The notes beneath the pieces are model-generated. The model did no database searches, had not been told where the DNA came from, and saw only the letters and a list, made by a program, of their open reading frames with translations. From Candidatus Sericytochromatia bacterium (GTDB taxonomy: Bacteria; Cyanobacteriota; Sericytochromatia; S15B-MN24; UBA4093): 32,000 nt of DNA. Position 1 is the first letter of the stretch; each line of letters starts with the position of its first letter. Where the stretch lies: contig JAKFCW010000137.1 in assembly GCA_036676455.1 (NCBI GenBank), positions 13,783-45,782 of the forward strand, given 5' to 3'. Of this stretch, positions 9,573 through 20,908 are shown in pieces. A program made the position numbers and the translations under genes.

Positions 9573-9664
9573 CTTGTCGAAATACCTAGCCTCTCGTTGC
9601 TACAGGTCAGCTTCGCTTTACTAGCGATTAGCCGCTGGCGCTACGCAACAGCCGCGGGCGCTTT

Positions 9665-11452
9665 CTAATCGCCGGCCACCGGGACCACCGGCGCCGCCGA
9701 ACCGCTCGCCGCCTTGGCCGCGTTGGGGTCCGGCACCCCGAAGAAGGTTCTCAGCAGCTTGCCCGCCACCGGGCCCGCCACCGCGCCCCCGCCTCCGGCC
9801 ATCTCGAGCATGACGGCGACGGCGATCTTGGGCTGGTTCGTCGGGGCGTACGTGACGAACCAGGCGTGGGTGGGCTTCCCCTTGATGGCCTCCGCCGAGC
9901 CGGTCTTGCCCGCCGCGGGGTAACCTGGGATCCGGGCCGCCGCAGCCGTTCCGCGCGAGACCGTCTCGGCCAGGGCCGTGTGCAGCATCTTCCAGGTCTC
10001 CGGCTTCAAGGTCGTGGTCTTGCGCACCTCCACCGGATCGAGCCCCTCCGGGCTGCGAACCAGGACCGGGCGCATGACCTTGCCGTTGTTGGCGACCGTG
10101 GCGATCTCGACGGCGGCCTGGATCGGCGACATCTGGATGAAGCCTTGTCCGGTCGACATGTTCACCGAATCGCCGGGGTACCATTTCTCCTTCAGCGCCT
10201 TCTTCTTCCACTTGCCGTCGGGGATCAACCCGTCTCGTTCCGAGGGCAGGATGATGCCGGTCTTCTCGCCCAGGCCGAACATGTGCGAGTAGCGCTTCAT
10301 GCGATCGGGGCCCATCTTCAGGCCGAGCTCGTAGTAGATCGTGTCGATCGACTTGACCAGCCCTTCCTTGAAGGGGACGTTGCCGAAGCCCCCCGGCTTC
10401 CAGTCGCGGAAGAGCTTGGAGCCGACGTAGAACACGCCCGTCGAGTTGTAGCGCGAGTTCGCGTTGGCGAAGCCCTCCTCCATGGCGGCTGCGTGGGTGA
10501 CGATCTTGTAGATCGAGCCCGGCGGGTAGACGCTCGAGATGGCGCGGTTCAGCAGGGGACGCGAGGGAGAGTTGATCTCCCGCCATGCCGTGGGGGTCAG
10601 CCGGGTCGCGAAGACATTGGGATCGAAGTCGGGGTTCGACGCCAGCGCCAGGACTTCCCCGCTGAAGGGCTCCAAGACGACGACCGAACCCTTCCTGTCC
10701 CCGAGTGCCTCCTCGGCCGCCGCCTGCAGCTTGGCGTCGATCGTGAGCGTGAGATCCTGCCCCGGAACCGGCGGGACTTCCGCCAGCTTCCGCATGGGCC
10801 GGCCTCTGGCGTCCACCTCGACCTGCTGGCGCCCCGGAATACCGCGCAGATGGGCGTCGAAGACCTTCTCGATCCCCATCTTCCCGATTATATCACCCGC
10901 CCGATAGCCTTGATCGGTCATCTTTTCTAGCTCGCGCTCGGTGACCTCGCCCGTGTAGCCGATGACATGCGACGCGAAGGCCCCGCGCGGGTAGAAACGC
11001 ACGACCACCGGGTCGATGGAGACGCCGGGAAGTTCGCGCTGGTGCTCGGCGATCCGGGCGATGACGGTCTCGTCGACGTCCTCGAGCATGGGGATGGGCA
11101 GGGCGGAAGGGCCCTTGCGCTTGAGCTTGGCGCGCATCTCGGATTCGGGCAGGCCGAGGATCTTGGCGAGCCGGTCGGCGACCTCGACGCGCTGCTCCTT
11201 CTTGAGCTGGACGGGGTGCAGGGCGATCTGGTAGGAGAGGCGGCTGGTGGCCAGGATCTGGCCGTTGCGGTCGCGGATCTGGCCGCGCGGCGCGGCGAGC
11301 AGGTTGATGCGCAGGCGGTTGCCTTCCGCGCGCTCGAGGTACTGCTCTCCGCTGAAGACCTGGAGGTTGATCAGCCGGAAGCCGATCACCGAGGCGGCGG
11401 CGACGGCGACGGCGATGAAGGCCGGAAAGCGGCCCGGGACGACGCCGTTCAC
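9665..11452 (-). CDS. mrdA: Penicillin-binding protein 2 (elongation transpeptidase)
   Basis: 'RGQIRDRNGQILA', 'YPPGSIYKIVT' (SxxK region), 'MSTGQGFIQMSPIQ' and 'AGKTGSAE' (KTG). Position between mreD and minC. Confidence 0.95.
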   Translation of the reverse strand: MNGVVPGRFPAFIAVAVAAASVIGFRLINLQVFSGEQYLERAEGNRLRINLLAAPRGQIRDRNGQILATSRLSYQIALHPVQLKKEQRVEVADRLAKILGLPESEMRAKLKRKGPSALPIPMLEDVDETVIARIAEHQRELPGVSIDPVVVRFYPRGAFASHVIGYTGEVTERELEKMTDQGYRAGDIIGKMGIEKVFDAHLRGIPGRQQVEVDARGRPMRKLAEVPPVPGQDLTLTIDAKLQAAAEEALGDRKGSVVVLEPFSGEVLALASNPDFDPNVFATRLTPTAWREINSPSRPLLNRAISSVYPPGSIYKIVTHAAAMEEGFANANSRYNSTGVFYVGSKLFRDWKPGGFGNVPFKEGLVKSIDTIYYELGLKMGPDRMKRYSHMFGLGEKTGIILPSERDGLIPDGKWKKKALKEKWYPGDSVNMSTGQGFIQMSPIQAAVEIATVANNGKVMRPVLVRSPEGLDPVEVRKTTTLKPETWKMLHTALAETVSRGTAAAARIPGYPAAGKTGSAEAIKGKPTHAWFVTYAPTNQPKIAVAVMLEMAGGGGAVAGPVAGKLLRTFFGVPDPNAAKAASGSAAPVVPVAGD

Positions 11453-11949
11453 TGCTGGGCCTCCCGCAGCGCCCAGGGGTTGCGGGTGCGGTGGAGGATC
11501 CAGCGGATCCCCAGGGAGAGGGGCCAGCCGATGAGGGCGGTGCCGGCGGCGACGGGCAGGGCGATCGCCATCCGCTCGCTCCAGGGCATGCTGAAGCCCT
11601 GCATGCCGAGCGCGACCCCGATGGCCGTATCCTGGATCAGGCTGAAGATCACGATCAGCGGGGTCACGATCATGCCCTGGCGGTCATGCAGGAAGGGGCG
11701 CAAGCCTCCTGCTCCGAGGCCGATCATGCTCTTGAGAATGGCGTAGGTCATGCCGCCGCCCAGCATGAGGTCCTGGAGGGCGCCCGCGGCGAAGCCGATG
11801 GCGAGCCCGCCTCTGGGGCCTGCGCCCACCGCCCACGAGATGACGATGGCCAGCAGGATGTCGAACTGCCAGGTAAGCAGGTCGTTGAGGGGAGATCCCT
11901 GGAGCCAGGCGCCAATCAGGATCAGGAGGGCAGCAGCGGCAAATCTCAT
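11449..11949 (-). CDS. mreD: Rod shape-determining protein MreD
   Basis: Hydrophobic 166-aa protein between mreC and mrdA, with 4-nt overlap with mrdA. 'GLAIGFAAGALQDLMLGGGMTYA' is typical of MreD. Confidence 0.88.
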   Translation of the reverse strand: MRFAAAALLILIGAWLQGSPLNDLLTWQFDILLAIVISWAVGAGPRGGLAIGFAAGALQDLMLGGGMTYAILKSMIGLGAGGLRPFLHDRQGMIVTPLIVIFSLIQDTAIGVALGMQGFSMPWSERMAIALPVAAGTALIGWPLSLGIRWILHRTRNPWALREAQQ

Positions 11950-11950
11950 G

Positions 11951-12775
11951 CTAACTCGAGAGCTTGGGCAGGACGACCGGGTTGAGCGGGGGGAAGATCA
12001 TGACTTCCTCGAGCCGATCGAGGTCGGCGGTGGGGACGAGGGTGACCTCGGGGGTGATGGCGCCGGGCCGTTGGTCGACGCGCACCACCTTGCCCACGGG
12101 GATGCCCTTGGGGAAGATACCACCCAGGCCGGAGGTGAGCACCAGGTCTCCGATGCGGAAGTCGACCTGCTGGGGCATGTAGCGCATGGCCAGGGTGGCG
12201 TCGCCCTCGCCGGTCACGATGCCGGGTGAGCGCGAGCGCTGGTCGATGCCGGCCACGGTCTGGCCGGGGTCGGTCAGCAGGGAGATGATGGAGGTGGAGG
12301 GGCCGGCGACCAGGACGCGGCCGACCAGGCCGCGCGGGCTCATGACCACCGAATCGGCGCCGATGCCGTCCTGGGTGCCGCGGTCCACGACCAGGCGCTT
12401 GCGCCAGTTGTCGGGGGTGCGGGCCACGACCTGCGCCGCCACGCCCTTGCCGCCCTGCCGCTGCCGCAACTCGACGAGCATGCTGAGACGCTTGTTCTGG
12501 GAGTCGACCTCCATCTGGCGGGCCAGCTCGGATTCGGCGAGGGTCAGGGCCTGTTGCAGGCGCTCGTTGTCCTTGCGCAGGGCGTCGAGGTCCTGGAAGT
12601 AGGCTGCTCCGCCGCGCACCGTGGTCACGGCGGACTGCGTGAGGGTCCAGCCGGGCTTCAGGGCCTCGGTCAAGACCGCCGTGCGGCCTGAAGCCCAGCC
12701 CAAGGCCCCGGCCGCGAGGACCAGGGCGAGGGCGAAGCCGATCTCCCGCGCGGGGAGGCGTTGGAACAGGCTCAC
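11951..12775 (-). CDS. mreC: Rod shape-determining protein MreC
   Basis: Single N-terminal TM, coiled segment 'LRKDNERLQQALTLAESELARQ', and 'VVMSPRGLVGRVLVAGPSTSIISLLTDPG'. Confidence 0.93.
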   Translation of the reverse strand: MSLFQRLPAREIGFALALVLAAGALGWASGRTAVLTEALKPGWTLTQSAVTTVRGGAAYFQDLDALRKDNERLQQALTLAESELARQMEVDSQNKRLSMLVELRQRQGGKGVAAQVVARTPDNWRKRLVVDRGTQDGIGADSVVMSPRGLVGRVLVAGPSTSIISLLTDPGQTVAGIDQRSRSPGIVTGEGDATLAMRYMPQQVDFRIGDLVLTSGLGGIFPKGIPVGKVVRVDQRPGAITPEVTLVPTADLDRLEEVMIFPPLNPVVLPKLSS

Positions 12776-12779
12776 GGGA

Positions 12780-14499
<1,720 letters not shown>

Positions 14500-14540
14500 T
14501 AGACCATCTTACACGACTCCGCAGCGGATCGCGGCGGGCA

Positions 14541-15782
14541 TTACGGCGCGACGCGCGGCGCCGGCGCGATCATGCGCCGATCCGTCGCGATCGGGGCTCC
14601 TCCCAGGGCGAACTCCATGGTGGCCAGGTAGCGGCCGTAGCTGGTGGCGAGGCCCGTGGCGTTCTCCCAGCGCCAGAGGCCCTCGAGGCGCAGGTTGGCG
14701 CCTTCCCACATCTTCTGCATGCCGCCCGTGGTGACCTGCTTGGCCTCGTAGTTGCGCCCGCCGGCCGCGTTGGCGTCCCCGAAGGCGGAGTACTGGAGGT
14801 AGATGCTGCTGTTTTCGCCCGTCGCCTGGGACATGTCCACGTACCAGCCCTGCCGCGGCAGGGACTCCAGCCCGAGGCGCTGGTCGATGAGGTACTCGAA
14901 TAGCGCGAGGCTGTCTCCCGCCTTGAAGCGGGCATGCAGGCCGTAACGCCGTCGTTCGGTGTTGCTGCCGGGCTGTGCGTAGCCTGCGGGGTACGCGATC
15001 TCATGGCCCCAGAGCATGCTCAGGCCGATCTCGTCGGTTTCGGATGCCCGGTAGTCCAGGCGCGCGAAGACGTTCTTGGCGCCGTTGTCATCCATGCGGT
15101 TGGGGCCCGAGCCGTTCACGAGGCCGGTGGCGTAGGCGAGCCCGCCGCTTTGCCATTGCAGCATGGTCCCGATGTCGTACCAGCGCCCGAACGCCGAGCC
15201 CTGGTACAGCCCTGCTCCTTGCGCCGAGAGGAACTCGGTCACCGGGGTCGGCACCGGGGCCACGGGCAACGGCGGCTCGTACGAGGACGTCCGGTAGCTG
15301 AAGGGGAGCTCGAACTGCCCCACGCGCAGGTAGCCGTTGCGCGCCGGGTCGTTGAGGTTGACGTAGGCGTCCTCGAGGATCGGCACGTAAAGCGGGCTGA
15401 GGCCCAGGCCACCCGACTGGCGCCACTGGATCCGGTCGAGGGCGGCCTGGTAGAGGTCCGGATAGCTGTAGGCCTGGTAGATCTCCTGGCGCAGCGAGCC
15501 CGAGATCACGCCGGTCACCTCGGGAGCCAACTCCTGCATGAAGCGGGCCGTCAGCGTCGGGATGCGGCCGGTGAGGTGCGTCTCGATCAGGTTGAAGTCC
15601 GGCACCGTCAGCTGGGAGCGCGGCACGTTCCCCAGCTCCACCACCGCCTTGACCTCCAGGCCCTGGGCGTTGGCTGCCGGCGACATGGCGAGGAGAGCCG
15701 CCAGGGCCAAGACGATCGCCCTTGCCGGTCCTTGAAGGGCTGCAGGTTTGCGGGGAGAGGCTTTTACGTCAATGTTGGGCAA
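14541..15782 (-). CDS. Putative outer-membrane beta-barrel/porin-like protein
   Basis: Signal peptide 'AIVLALAALLAMSPAANAQG' followed by many alternating aromatic/hydrophobic strands ('VFARLDYRASETDEIGLSMLWG', 'NSSIYLQYSAFG', 'GRYLATMEFALGG'). TTG start proposed because GAGGTG lies 5 nt upstream; the listed ORF begins at 15845. Confidence 0.65.
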   Translation of the reverse strand: MPNIDVKASPRKPAALQGPARAIVLALAALLAMSPAANAQGLEVKAVVELGNVPRSQLTVPDFNLIETHLTGRIPTLTARFMQELAPEVTGVISGSLRQEIYQAYSYPDLYQAALDRIQWRQSGGLGLSPLYVPILEDAYVNLNDPARNGYLRVGQFELPFSYRTSSYEPPLPVAPVPTPVTEFLSAQGAGLYQGSAFGRWYDIGTMLQWQSGGLAYATGLVNGSGPNRMDDNGAKNVFARLDYRASETDEIGLSMLWGHEIAYPAGYAQPGSNTERRRYGLHARFKAGDSLALFEYLIDQRLGLESLPRQGWYVDMSQATGENSSIYLQYSAFGDANAAGGRNYEAKQVTTGGMQKMWEGANLRLEGLWRWENATGLATSYGRYLATMEFALGGAPIATDRRMIAPAPRVAP

Positions 15783-15849
15783 TGGGCACCTCGCTAGATC
15801 GATATCCCATCTTACCGTGCGCGCGGAAGCATGCGCCACTGACAAGGAA

Positions 15850-15960
15850 CCGGGCTTCTCGCGGGCTGGGGGTCCTTCGCAGCGATTCCAGGGATCCCCG
15901 CGCTATCGCGCGGCCCCGGAATCGAACGCGCAGTCACTCCCAGCCCGCTTCGAACCCGGG
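15850..15960 (+). repeat. Imperfect long palindrome in an intergenic region
   Basis: Perfect 10-bp inverted repeat GCGGGCTGGG (15861-15870) / CCCAGCCCGC (15939-15948), with inner CGATTCC (15883-15889) / GGAATCG (15918-15924). Confidence 0.6.
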
Positions 15961-16000
15961 TTTGAGGGTGGGAGGCAAGGCGGCATCCCCTTTCAGCCGC

Positions 16001-16078
16001 CATTCCCGCGAAAGCGGGAATCCAGGCCCACGGTATCGTGTGACGCTCACTGGACTCCCGCCTGCGCGGGAGTGACGG
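16001..16078 (+). repeat. Compound palindromic element of the common dispersed 'ATTCCCGC...GCGGGAAT' type
   Basis: CCATTCCCGCGAAAGCGGGAATCCAG...CTGGACTCCCGCCTGCGCGGGAGTGACGG. Two 8-bp perfect hairpins (ATTCCCGC/GCGGGAAT and ACTCCCGC/GCGGGAGT) sit inside a larger inverted arrangement. Confidence 0.75.
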
Positions 16079-16111
16079 GAGGGGATAACGGGACTGATGA
16101 TCGTGCCGGCC

Positions 16112-17017
16112 TCAGGCCTTGGAAAAGCGCTCGCTGATGTGCTTGCCCGTCGTGATCGAATGGTACTCCTGGCCGATCGCGTTGTAGCGCTTGCGGGTCT
16201 CTGGGCTCATCTGCGAGCCGTTGGCCATCGCCGAGCGGTACTTCGGGCGCTCGTTCATCCAGTAGGTGGCCACCGCCCGCTCTTCGTGAAGCAAGGGCTG
16301 GCCCTTGTTGAGGTAGAGCCGTCCGATCATCCCTTCCTGCAGGCAGTGCATCTGCTCGTGGACCAGGATCTCGACGAAGGTCGCGAAGCTGCCCTGGAGT
16401 AGTCCTTCGGGCAGGTAGACCTTGTAGGCCTTGTGGTCGTAGAGGCCGTTGAAGCCCGCGGCCATGGCGGTGTTGAACTCCACCGGCGCCGGCTTGAAAC
16501 CGTACGCTTCTCCCAGGGCCGGGACGAAGTAGCGCATGAACTCGTAAGCGATCCGGCGGTTGGTCTCGGGCTTGCGGGGATCCCAGACCTCGCGAGACGC
16601 GCGCAGGATGGCCTCGCGCTCCATGTCGGCGATCGCCGCGTCTCGCTTCGGGTCGAAGAGGCGGCTCAGGGTCGCGCGGAACTGCTCGGGCGTGCGGATC
16701 AACTGCCCTTCCGCCAGAACCGCCCCCGTTGGTTCTGCCCCGTTGGGGCCGCCCTGGAGCTGGGAGCGCGTGAAGCCGCCGCTGGGATCTGCGTGCGGCG
16801 TCAGGGACTCAGATTGGCCGGCGCGATAGCTCGGATCGAAGCCCGCCTCGAACATGATCTCCGCCATCCACGCGGCTTCACCCGTGAGCGGGCGGCGCTG
16901 GGGCGCCACGGGGGCCGGCGGCACGGGGCTGACGGGCGCGATCTTCACCGGGGCGATCCGGCCAGGAAGCCCCGCAGGCGGCATGTTGGGAGTTGGCTGG
17001 GTGAGCTTGCGGACCAT
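16112..17017 (-). CDS. Uncharacterised protein with an HExxH metallopeptidase-like motif
   Basis: 'FVEILVHEQMHCLQEGMIGRLYLNKGQPLLHEERAVATYWM' contains HEQMH with downstream acidic residues. Pro-rich N-terminus and no obvious signal peptide. Confidence 0.7.
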   Translation of the reverse strand: MVRKLTQPTPNMPPAGLPGRIAPVKIAPVSPVPPAPVAPQRRPLTGEAAWMAEIMFEAGFDPSYRAGQSESLTPHADPSGGFTRSQLQGGPNGAEPTGAVLAEGQLIRTPEQFRATLSRLFDPKRDAAIADMEREAILRASREVWDPRKPETNRRIAYEFMRYFVPALGEAYGFKPAPVEFNTAMAAGFNGLYDHKAYKVYLPEGLLQGSFATFVEILVHEQMHCLQEGMIGRLYLNKGQPLLHEERAVATYWMNERPKYRSAMANGSQMSPETRKRYNAIGQEYHSITTGKHISERFSKA

Positions 17018-17187
17018 GGCCTGGCCTCCTCTATGGATCTTCTACCCGTGGCGGCTGCCGCCCCTAACGAAAAAACGTCATAGCCGCCCGAGCAACCCCA
17101 TTCAAGGGGATGCGATCCGGGAATAATACGGAATGGCGCCCGCCCCCGCCGCCGTGGACGCTGAACCGGAAGAAAGAGGCCCCCCGC

Positions 17188-18480
17188 ATGGATACGACCC
17201 GCCAACCCCAGACCGCCGAGACCCTCTCCCGCGGGCTTTCCCCCATGGGAACGCCGGTGGGTGGCGCGCTCCCCGCAGCCGGCTCGCTGACGCCAGCCAC
17301 CCTGCATGAGCGCGTGATGGCCCTGAGCACGGATCTGGTGGCATGTCGGCGCGACTTCCATCGCTGGCCGGAGCTGAGCTTCCGCGAAGTCCACACCGCC
17401 GCGCGGGTCGCCTCCGAGCTTCAGGCCATGGGCCTCGAGGTCCAGACCGGCGTCGCCAAGACCGGCGTGGTGGGACTGCTGCGCGGCGGAAAAGCCGCGG
17501 GCCCTGGCGGGAAGACCCTGCTGGTGCGGGCGGACATCGACGCGCTGCCCCTCGATGAGCAAAACGACGTTTCGTACCGCTCGCGCAACCCGGGCGTCAT
17601 GCATGCCTGCGGACACGACGCCCATATGGCCATGCTGCTCACGGCTATCCGAGTCCTCGCCGAGCACCGCGACGAGCTAGCCGGCAATCTCAAATTCGTC
17701 TTCCAGCCCGCCGAGGAGGGCCCCGGGGGCGCCGACCTCATGATCGAGGAGGGAGTCCTGTCCAATCCCCGGGTGGACGCCGCCATTGGCTTCCACATCT
17801 GGAACGAACTGCCCGTGGGCGTGGTCGGAGTCCGTCCCGGCCCCTTGATGGCGTCCTCGGACGAGTTCGAGATCGTGATCGAGGGCCAGGGCACCCATGC
17901 CGCGGACCCGCATCTCGGCGTGGACGCCGTGGTCGTCGCGGCCCACGTGCTCACCGCCCTCCAGACCATCGTCTCGCGCTCGGTCTCTCCCCTGGAGTCC
18001 GCTGTCCTCTCGGTCGGCAAGATCGTCTCGGGCTCCGCGCACAACGTCATCGCCCAGAAGGCCCACATGTCGGGCACGGTCCGCACCTTCAACGAGGAGC
18101 TGCGCGCCTCGATGCCCGGCCGCATCCAGCAGCTCATCGAGGGCGTCTCCATGGCCTTCGGAGCCACGGCCCGCCTCGAGTACCGCTACCAGTACCCGGT
18201 CCTGTCCAACTCCCCCGAGATGGCCGCGCTGGTTCGCGCCGCGGCATCGAAGGCGATCGGTTCGGAGCGGGTCGTCACCGCTGACGCCACCATGGGCGCC
18301 GAGGACATGGCCTACTTCCTGCGCGAGGTGCCCGGCTGCTACTTCCTGATCGGCTCGGCCAACCCCGACAAGGGTTTCGACAAGCCGCATCACCACCCGC
18401 AGTTCGACATCGACGAGGATGCCCTGCCGGTGGGCGTGCAGGTGATCGTCCAGGCCGTCCTCGACTACCTCGCCGACTAA
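17188..18480 (+). CDS. M20-family amidohydrolase (N-acyl-amino acid / hippurate hydrolase-like)
   Basis: 'RRDFHRWPELSFREVHTAARVA', 'VMHACGHDAHMAMLLTA', 'QPAEEGPGGADLMIEEG' and 'MGAEDMAYFLREVPGCYFLIG'. ATG at 17188 preferred over the extended ORF start at 17110. Confidence 0.93.
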   Translation: MDTTRQPQTAETLSRGLSPMGTPVGGALPAAGSLTPATLHERVMALSTDLVACRRDFHRWPELSFREVHTAARVASELQAMGLEVQTGVAKTGVVGLLRGGKAAGPGGKTLLVRADIDALPLDEQNDVSYRSRNPGVMHACGHDAHMAMLLTAIRVLAEHRDELAGNLKFVFQPAEEGPGGADLMIEEGVLSNPRVDAAIGFHIWNELPVGVVGVRPGPLMASSDEFEIVIEGQGTHAADPHLGVDAVVVAAHVLTALQTIVSRSVSPLESAVLSVGKIVSGSAHNVIAQKAHMSGTVRTFNEELRASMPGRIQQLIEGVSMAFGATARLEYRYQYPVLSNSPEMAALVRAAASKAIGSERVVTADATMGAEDMAYFLREVPGCYFLIGSANPDKGFDKPHHHPQFDIDEDALPVGVQVIVQAVLDYLAD

Positions 18481-18505
18481 CCGCGACCCGACCTCACCTT
18501 CGCCC

Positions 18506-20047
18506 TCACCGGTTGGGAGCCAGCGGGATCAGCGCCTGCGCACGCGCGACTTCCGGTAGCAAGCCAGATAGCCCCTGGGCGTTCTGGGCGAGTCGGCTCA
18601 GGGCGCCTTCCAGGTTGTCGGCACTCCGAATTCCCTCGCCGAGCTCGCCAACTCCGGATTGGATGGCCGAATTCGCCGATCCCACCGCATGGGCAAGCTG
18701 CTCGACCGAGGCCATCCAAGGAGACCATTCCCCCTGATCCGGAAGCGCCGAGGAAAGCGCTTGGACACCTTGCTCGAGCGTTCGAAGCTCGCTGGCAAAG
18801 CCGTCGCTCGCCTGGACCTCGGCGAGCATGCCGTGGGACCAGTGTTCCAGGCGGTCGCTCACGATTCCGACCCGCTGTTTGATGCCATCCAGGTTATCGC
18901 CGGCTCCCTGAGCCACCGAGGTCGCCTCGCGGATCGCACGTTCGCCTTGCTGAGAGGCCGTGATGGCACGGCTGGTCTCCGCTTGAATATCGTGGACCAA
19001 TCGTGTGATGTCCTGCGTGGCACCTGCTGTGCGCTCGGCGAGCTTGCGCACGTCATCGGCAACCACGGCGAATCCGCGCCCGTACTCTCCGGCTCGCGCC
19101 GCCTCGATCGCCGCGTTGAGAGCCAGCAAGTTGGTCTGGTCCGAGATGTCCTCGATCATGCCCACGAAGGCATTGATCTGTTCGGCTTGCTGCCCGAGTC
19201 CTCCGATCGCCTCGACCACGCCGTGGATCCGGTCTCCGATCCCCTCGATCTCGAGGGCGTTCTGCCGCGCCACGTCGGCGCCGACCATGAGGTCGGCGTA
19301 GACCTCATGGTTGAGTGCATTCGCGGCTTCGGTGGACGAGATGAGTCCTTGCATGTGGTCGCGCCGATCCTCCAGGAGGCCCTGGAGGTGACGCAGCGGG
19401 CCCTCTACCCCCGCGCGGATCGCGGGGTGCTCAGCGATGCTCGCCGCCTGTTGCTGCAAAAGGCGCTGCCCGTGGGCTCGGAGGTCTTGAATCTGATCGA
19501 GGCTCGAACGAAGGTTGGAAAGGCCTTCCTGGAGCCGTGAGGAGGCCCCTGCCAGCGCCAGCGCGTGCTCCTCGCTGAGCGTCTGCGTCTCGGAAGTGCC
19601 GACGTTGAGCGCCTGGAGGCCCGCGCTGATCCGATGCCGCTCTCCATCCTGCTGCAAGCGTTGCGCGTCGAGCAGACGCTGCAGGGCGCGCACATGCCCG
19701 GGCCGTACCGGGCCCTTCGGGTCCGGAAGCTCTGCGGCGGGAATGTCCGCGAGGAGCGGCTGGAACTCAGCCCATAGCGCGCGCTCGGGCGCGCTGAACA
19801 GGCGCTCGATGGCGCCGGCACTCAATGCGAGCGCGATGCCCAGCAGTAGCACGGCCGTCGCGAGCGTCGCGAGGTTCGGACCGAAACGCTCGAGAGCCCA
19901 TGCGCTCAGGACGCCTGCCAGCATCAGGGGAGCGTGGGCCAGCATCAGGCGCTGAGCGGCGGCGGAACGTCCCTGCGCGCGCATGACTCCGAAGAGCAGA
20001 CCGGTGGCCAGGAGGGGGAACGCAACGGCAATCGCGAGCGACGTCAC
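18506..20047 (-). CDS. Methyl-accepting chemotaxis-type membrane signal transducer
   Basis: Hydrophobic N-terminus, then '[51 protein letters not shown]', the canonical MCP signalling tip. Confidence 0.93.
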   Translation of the reverse strand: MTSLAIAVAFPLLATGLLFGVMRAQGRSAAAQRLMLAHAPLMLAGVLSAWALERFGPNLATLATAVLLLGIALALSAGAIERLFSAPERALWAEFQPLLADIPAAELPDPKGPVRPGHVRALQRLLDAQRLQQDGERHRISAGLQALNVGTSETQTLSEEHALALAGASSRLQEGLSNLRSSLDQIQDLRAHGQRLLQQQAASIAEHPAIRAGVEGPLRHLQGLLEDRRDHMQGLISSTEAANALNHEVYADLMVGADVARQNALEIEGIGDRIHGVVEAIGGLGQQAEQINAFVGMIEDISDQTNLLALNAAIEAARAGEYGRGFAVVADDVRKLAERTAGATQDITRLVHDIQAETSRAITASQQGERAIREATSVAQGAGDNLDGIKQRVGIVSDRLEHWSHGMLAEVQASDGFASELRTLEQGVQALSSALPDQGEWSPWMASVEQLAHAVGSANSAIQSGVGELGEGIRSADNLEGALSRLAQNAQGLSGLLPEVARAQALIPLAPNR

Positions 20048-20101
20048 AGCGGCTCCTTTCGCCGGGCAGCCCGGCGGACATTTTGTTCTACGTAGTTTTA
20101 A

Positions 20102-20131
20102 TTAATAGGACTAGCTAGAACATTCTGTCAA
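20102..20131 (-). promoter_or_regulatory. Sigma70-type promoter for the MCP-like gene
   Basis: Minus strand reads TTGACA (20126-20131), 18-nt spacer, TATTAA (20102-20107), in a locally AT-rich gap. AAAGGAG precedes the GTG start at 20047. Confidence 0.65.
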
Positions 20132-20215
20132 GCTAAGTTTTTCGCGCTTGGCGCCAGCCCGTCGACTCGCCCTTCCTCGGCGCAGCCCCGCTGATGCGGA
20201 GTGTTTGCGGCCATG

Positions 20216-20249
20216 AAAAACGGAGGGCTCCCCTGGCGGGGGCCCTCCG
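20216..20249 (-). terminator. Rho-independent terminator
   Basis: Minus strand reads CGGAGGGCCCCC-GCCAG-GGGAGCCCTCCG-TTTTT: 12-bp stem with one G:T pair, 5-nt loop, then 5 T. It sits 20 nt downstream of the ORF ending at 20270. Confidence 0.8.
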
Positions 20250-20269
20250 GCGCTGAATCGGGAAATGAC

Positions 20270-20827
20270 TTACCTGGCGCTCATGATGGTATCGACCTGG
20301 GAGGCCCACTGGGGGTTCCGGATCGAGATGCGCTTCCAGAGGCTCGCGATACTCGTATCGAGCTGCGCGCGATCGGCCGCGGCCAGCTCCAGGACGTTCT
20401 CGGCGACCCGGGTCTCGCGCTCGGCTCCGCCGCCGCTCCAGGCGGTGCGCACCGACGGGTACTTCTTCCAGACCTGCTGCTGCCAGGTGCTGACGTCCCT
20501 GGCGATCGCCTGACGCTCCGACGCGTCCAGCGCCTGATACGCCGTGTTCAGCGCCGTGATCTTCTCCGCCGTCACCGGCGTCCACCCGGCGATCGACTTC
20601 GCGACCTGCGGGTACTGGGACTTGATGCGCCCCATCAGGGCTTCCTGCTCGGCGACCGATAACCCCTTCCGGGTCATGACCGCCTTGATGGTCTCGGTCT
20701 TGGCGGCCTTCGCCGCTTCGGTGCTCACGTGTGCGACGGCTTCCGGGCCGCGCTCGGCCATTAGGAACCAGGTGCCCGCGCCAAACGCAGCGATCATCCC
20801 GGCCAAGGCCATGCGACGAATGGGCAT
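20270..20827 (-). CDS. Uncharacterised membrane-anchored helical protein
   Basis: N-terminal TM 'RMALAGMIAAFGAGTWFLMAE' followed by a soluble helical region. A terminator follows directly. Confidence 0.7.
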   Translation of the reverse strand: MPIRRMALAGMIAAFGAGTWFLMAERGPEAVAHVSTEAAKAAKTETIKAVMTRKGLSVAEQEALMGRIKSQYPQVAKSIAGWTPVTAEKITALNTAYQALDASERQAIARDVSTWQQQVWKKYPSVRTAWSGGGAERETRVAENVLELAAADRAQLDTSIASLWKRISIRNPQWASQVDTIMSAR

Positions 20828-20908
20828 CTAAGACGTTCTCCTCTCGAAACCTTGTTAACAAGAGGATCTTAGCGGACGATGACGCTTCAAACAACAAAGG
20901 GGCGGGCG

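Noticed and set aside
10880-10897. 'CGGGTGATATA' shared (minus strand) between mrdA and the yggS upstream region (27919-27929)
   Set aside because: The 11-nt match is short, and one copy is inside a conserved coding sequence, so it is most likely chance.
17099-17127. Possible promoters in the divergent gap between the HExxH gene and the M20 gene (AATAAT on +, TTGAAT-17-TATGAC on -)
   Set aside because: Only partial consensus matches or poor -35/spacing, so not strong enough to list as a feature.
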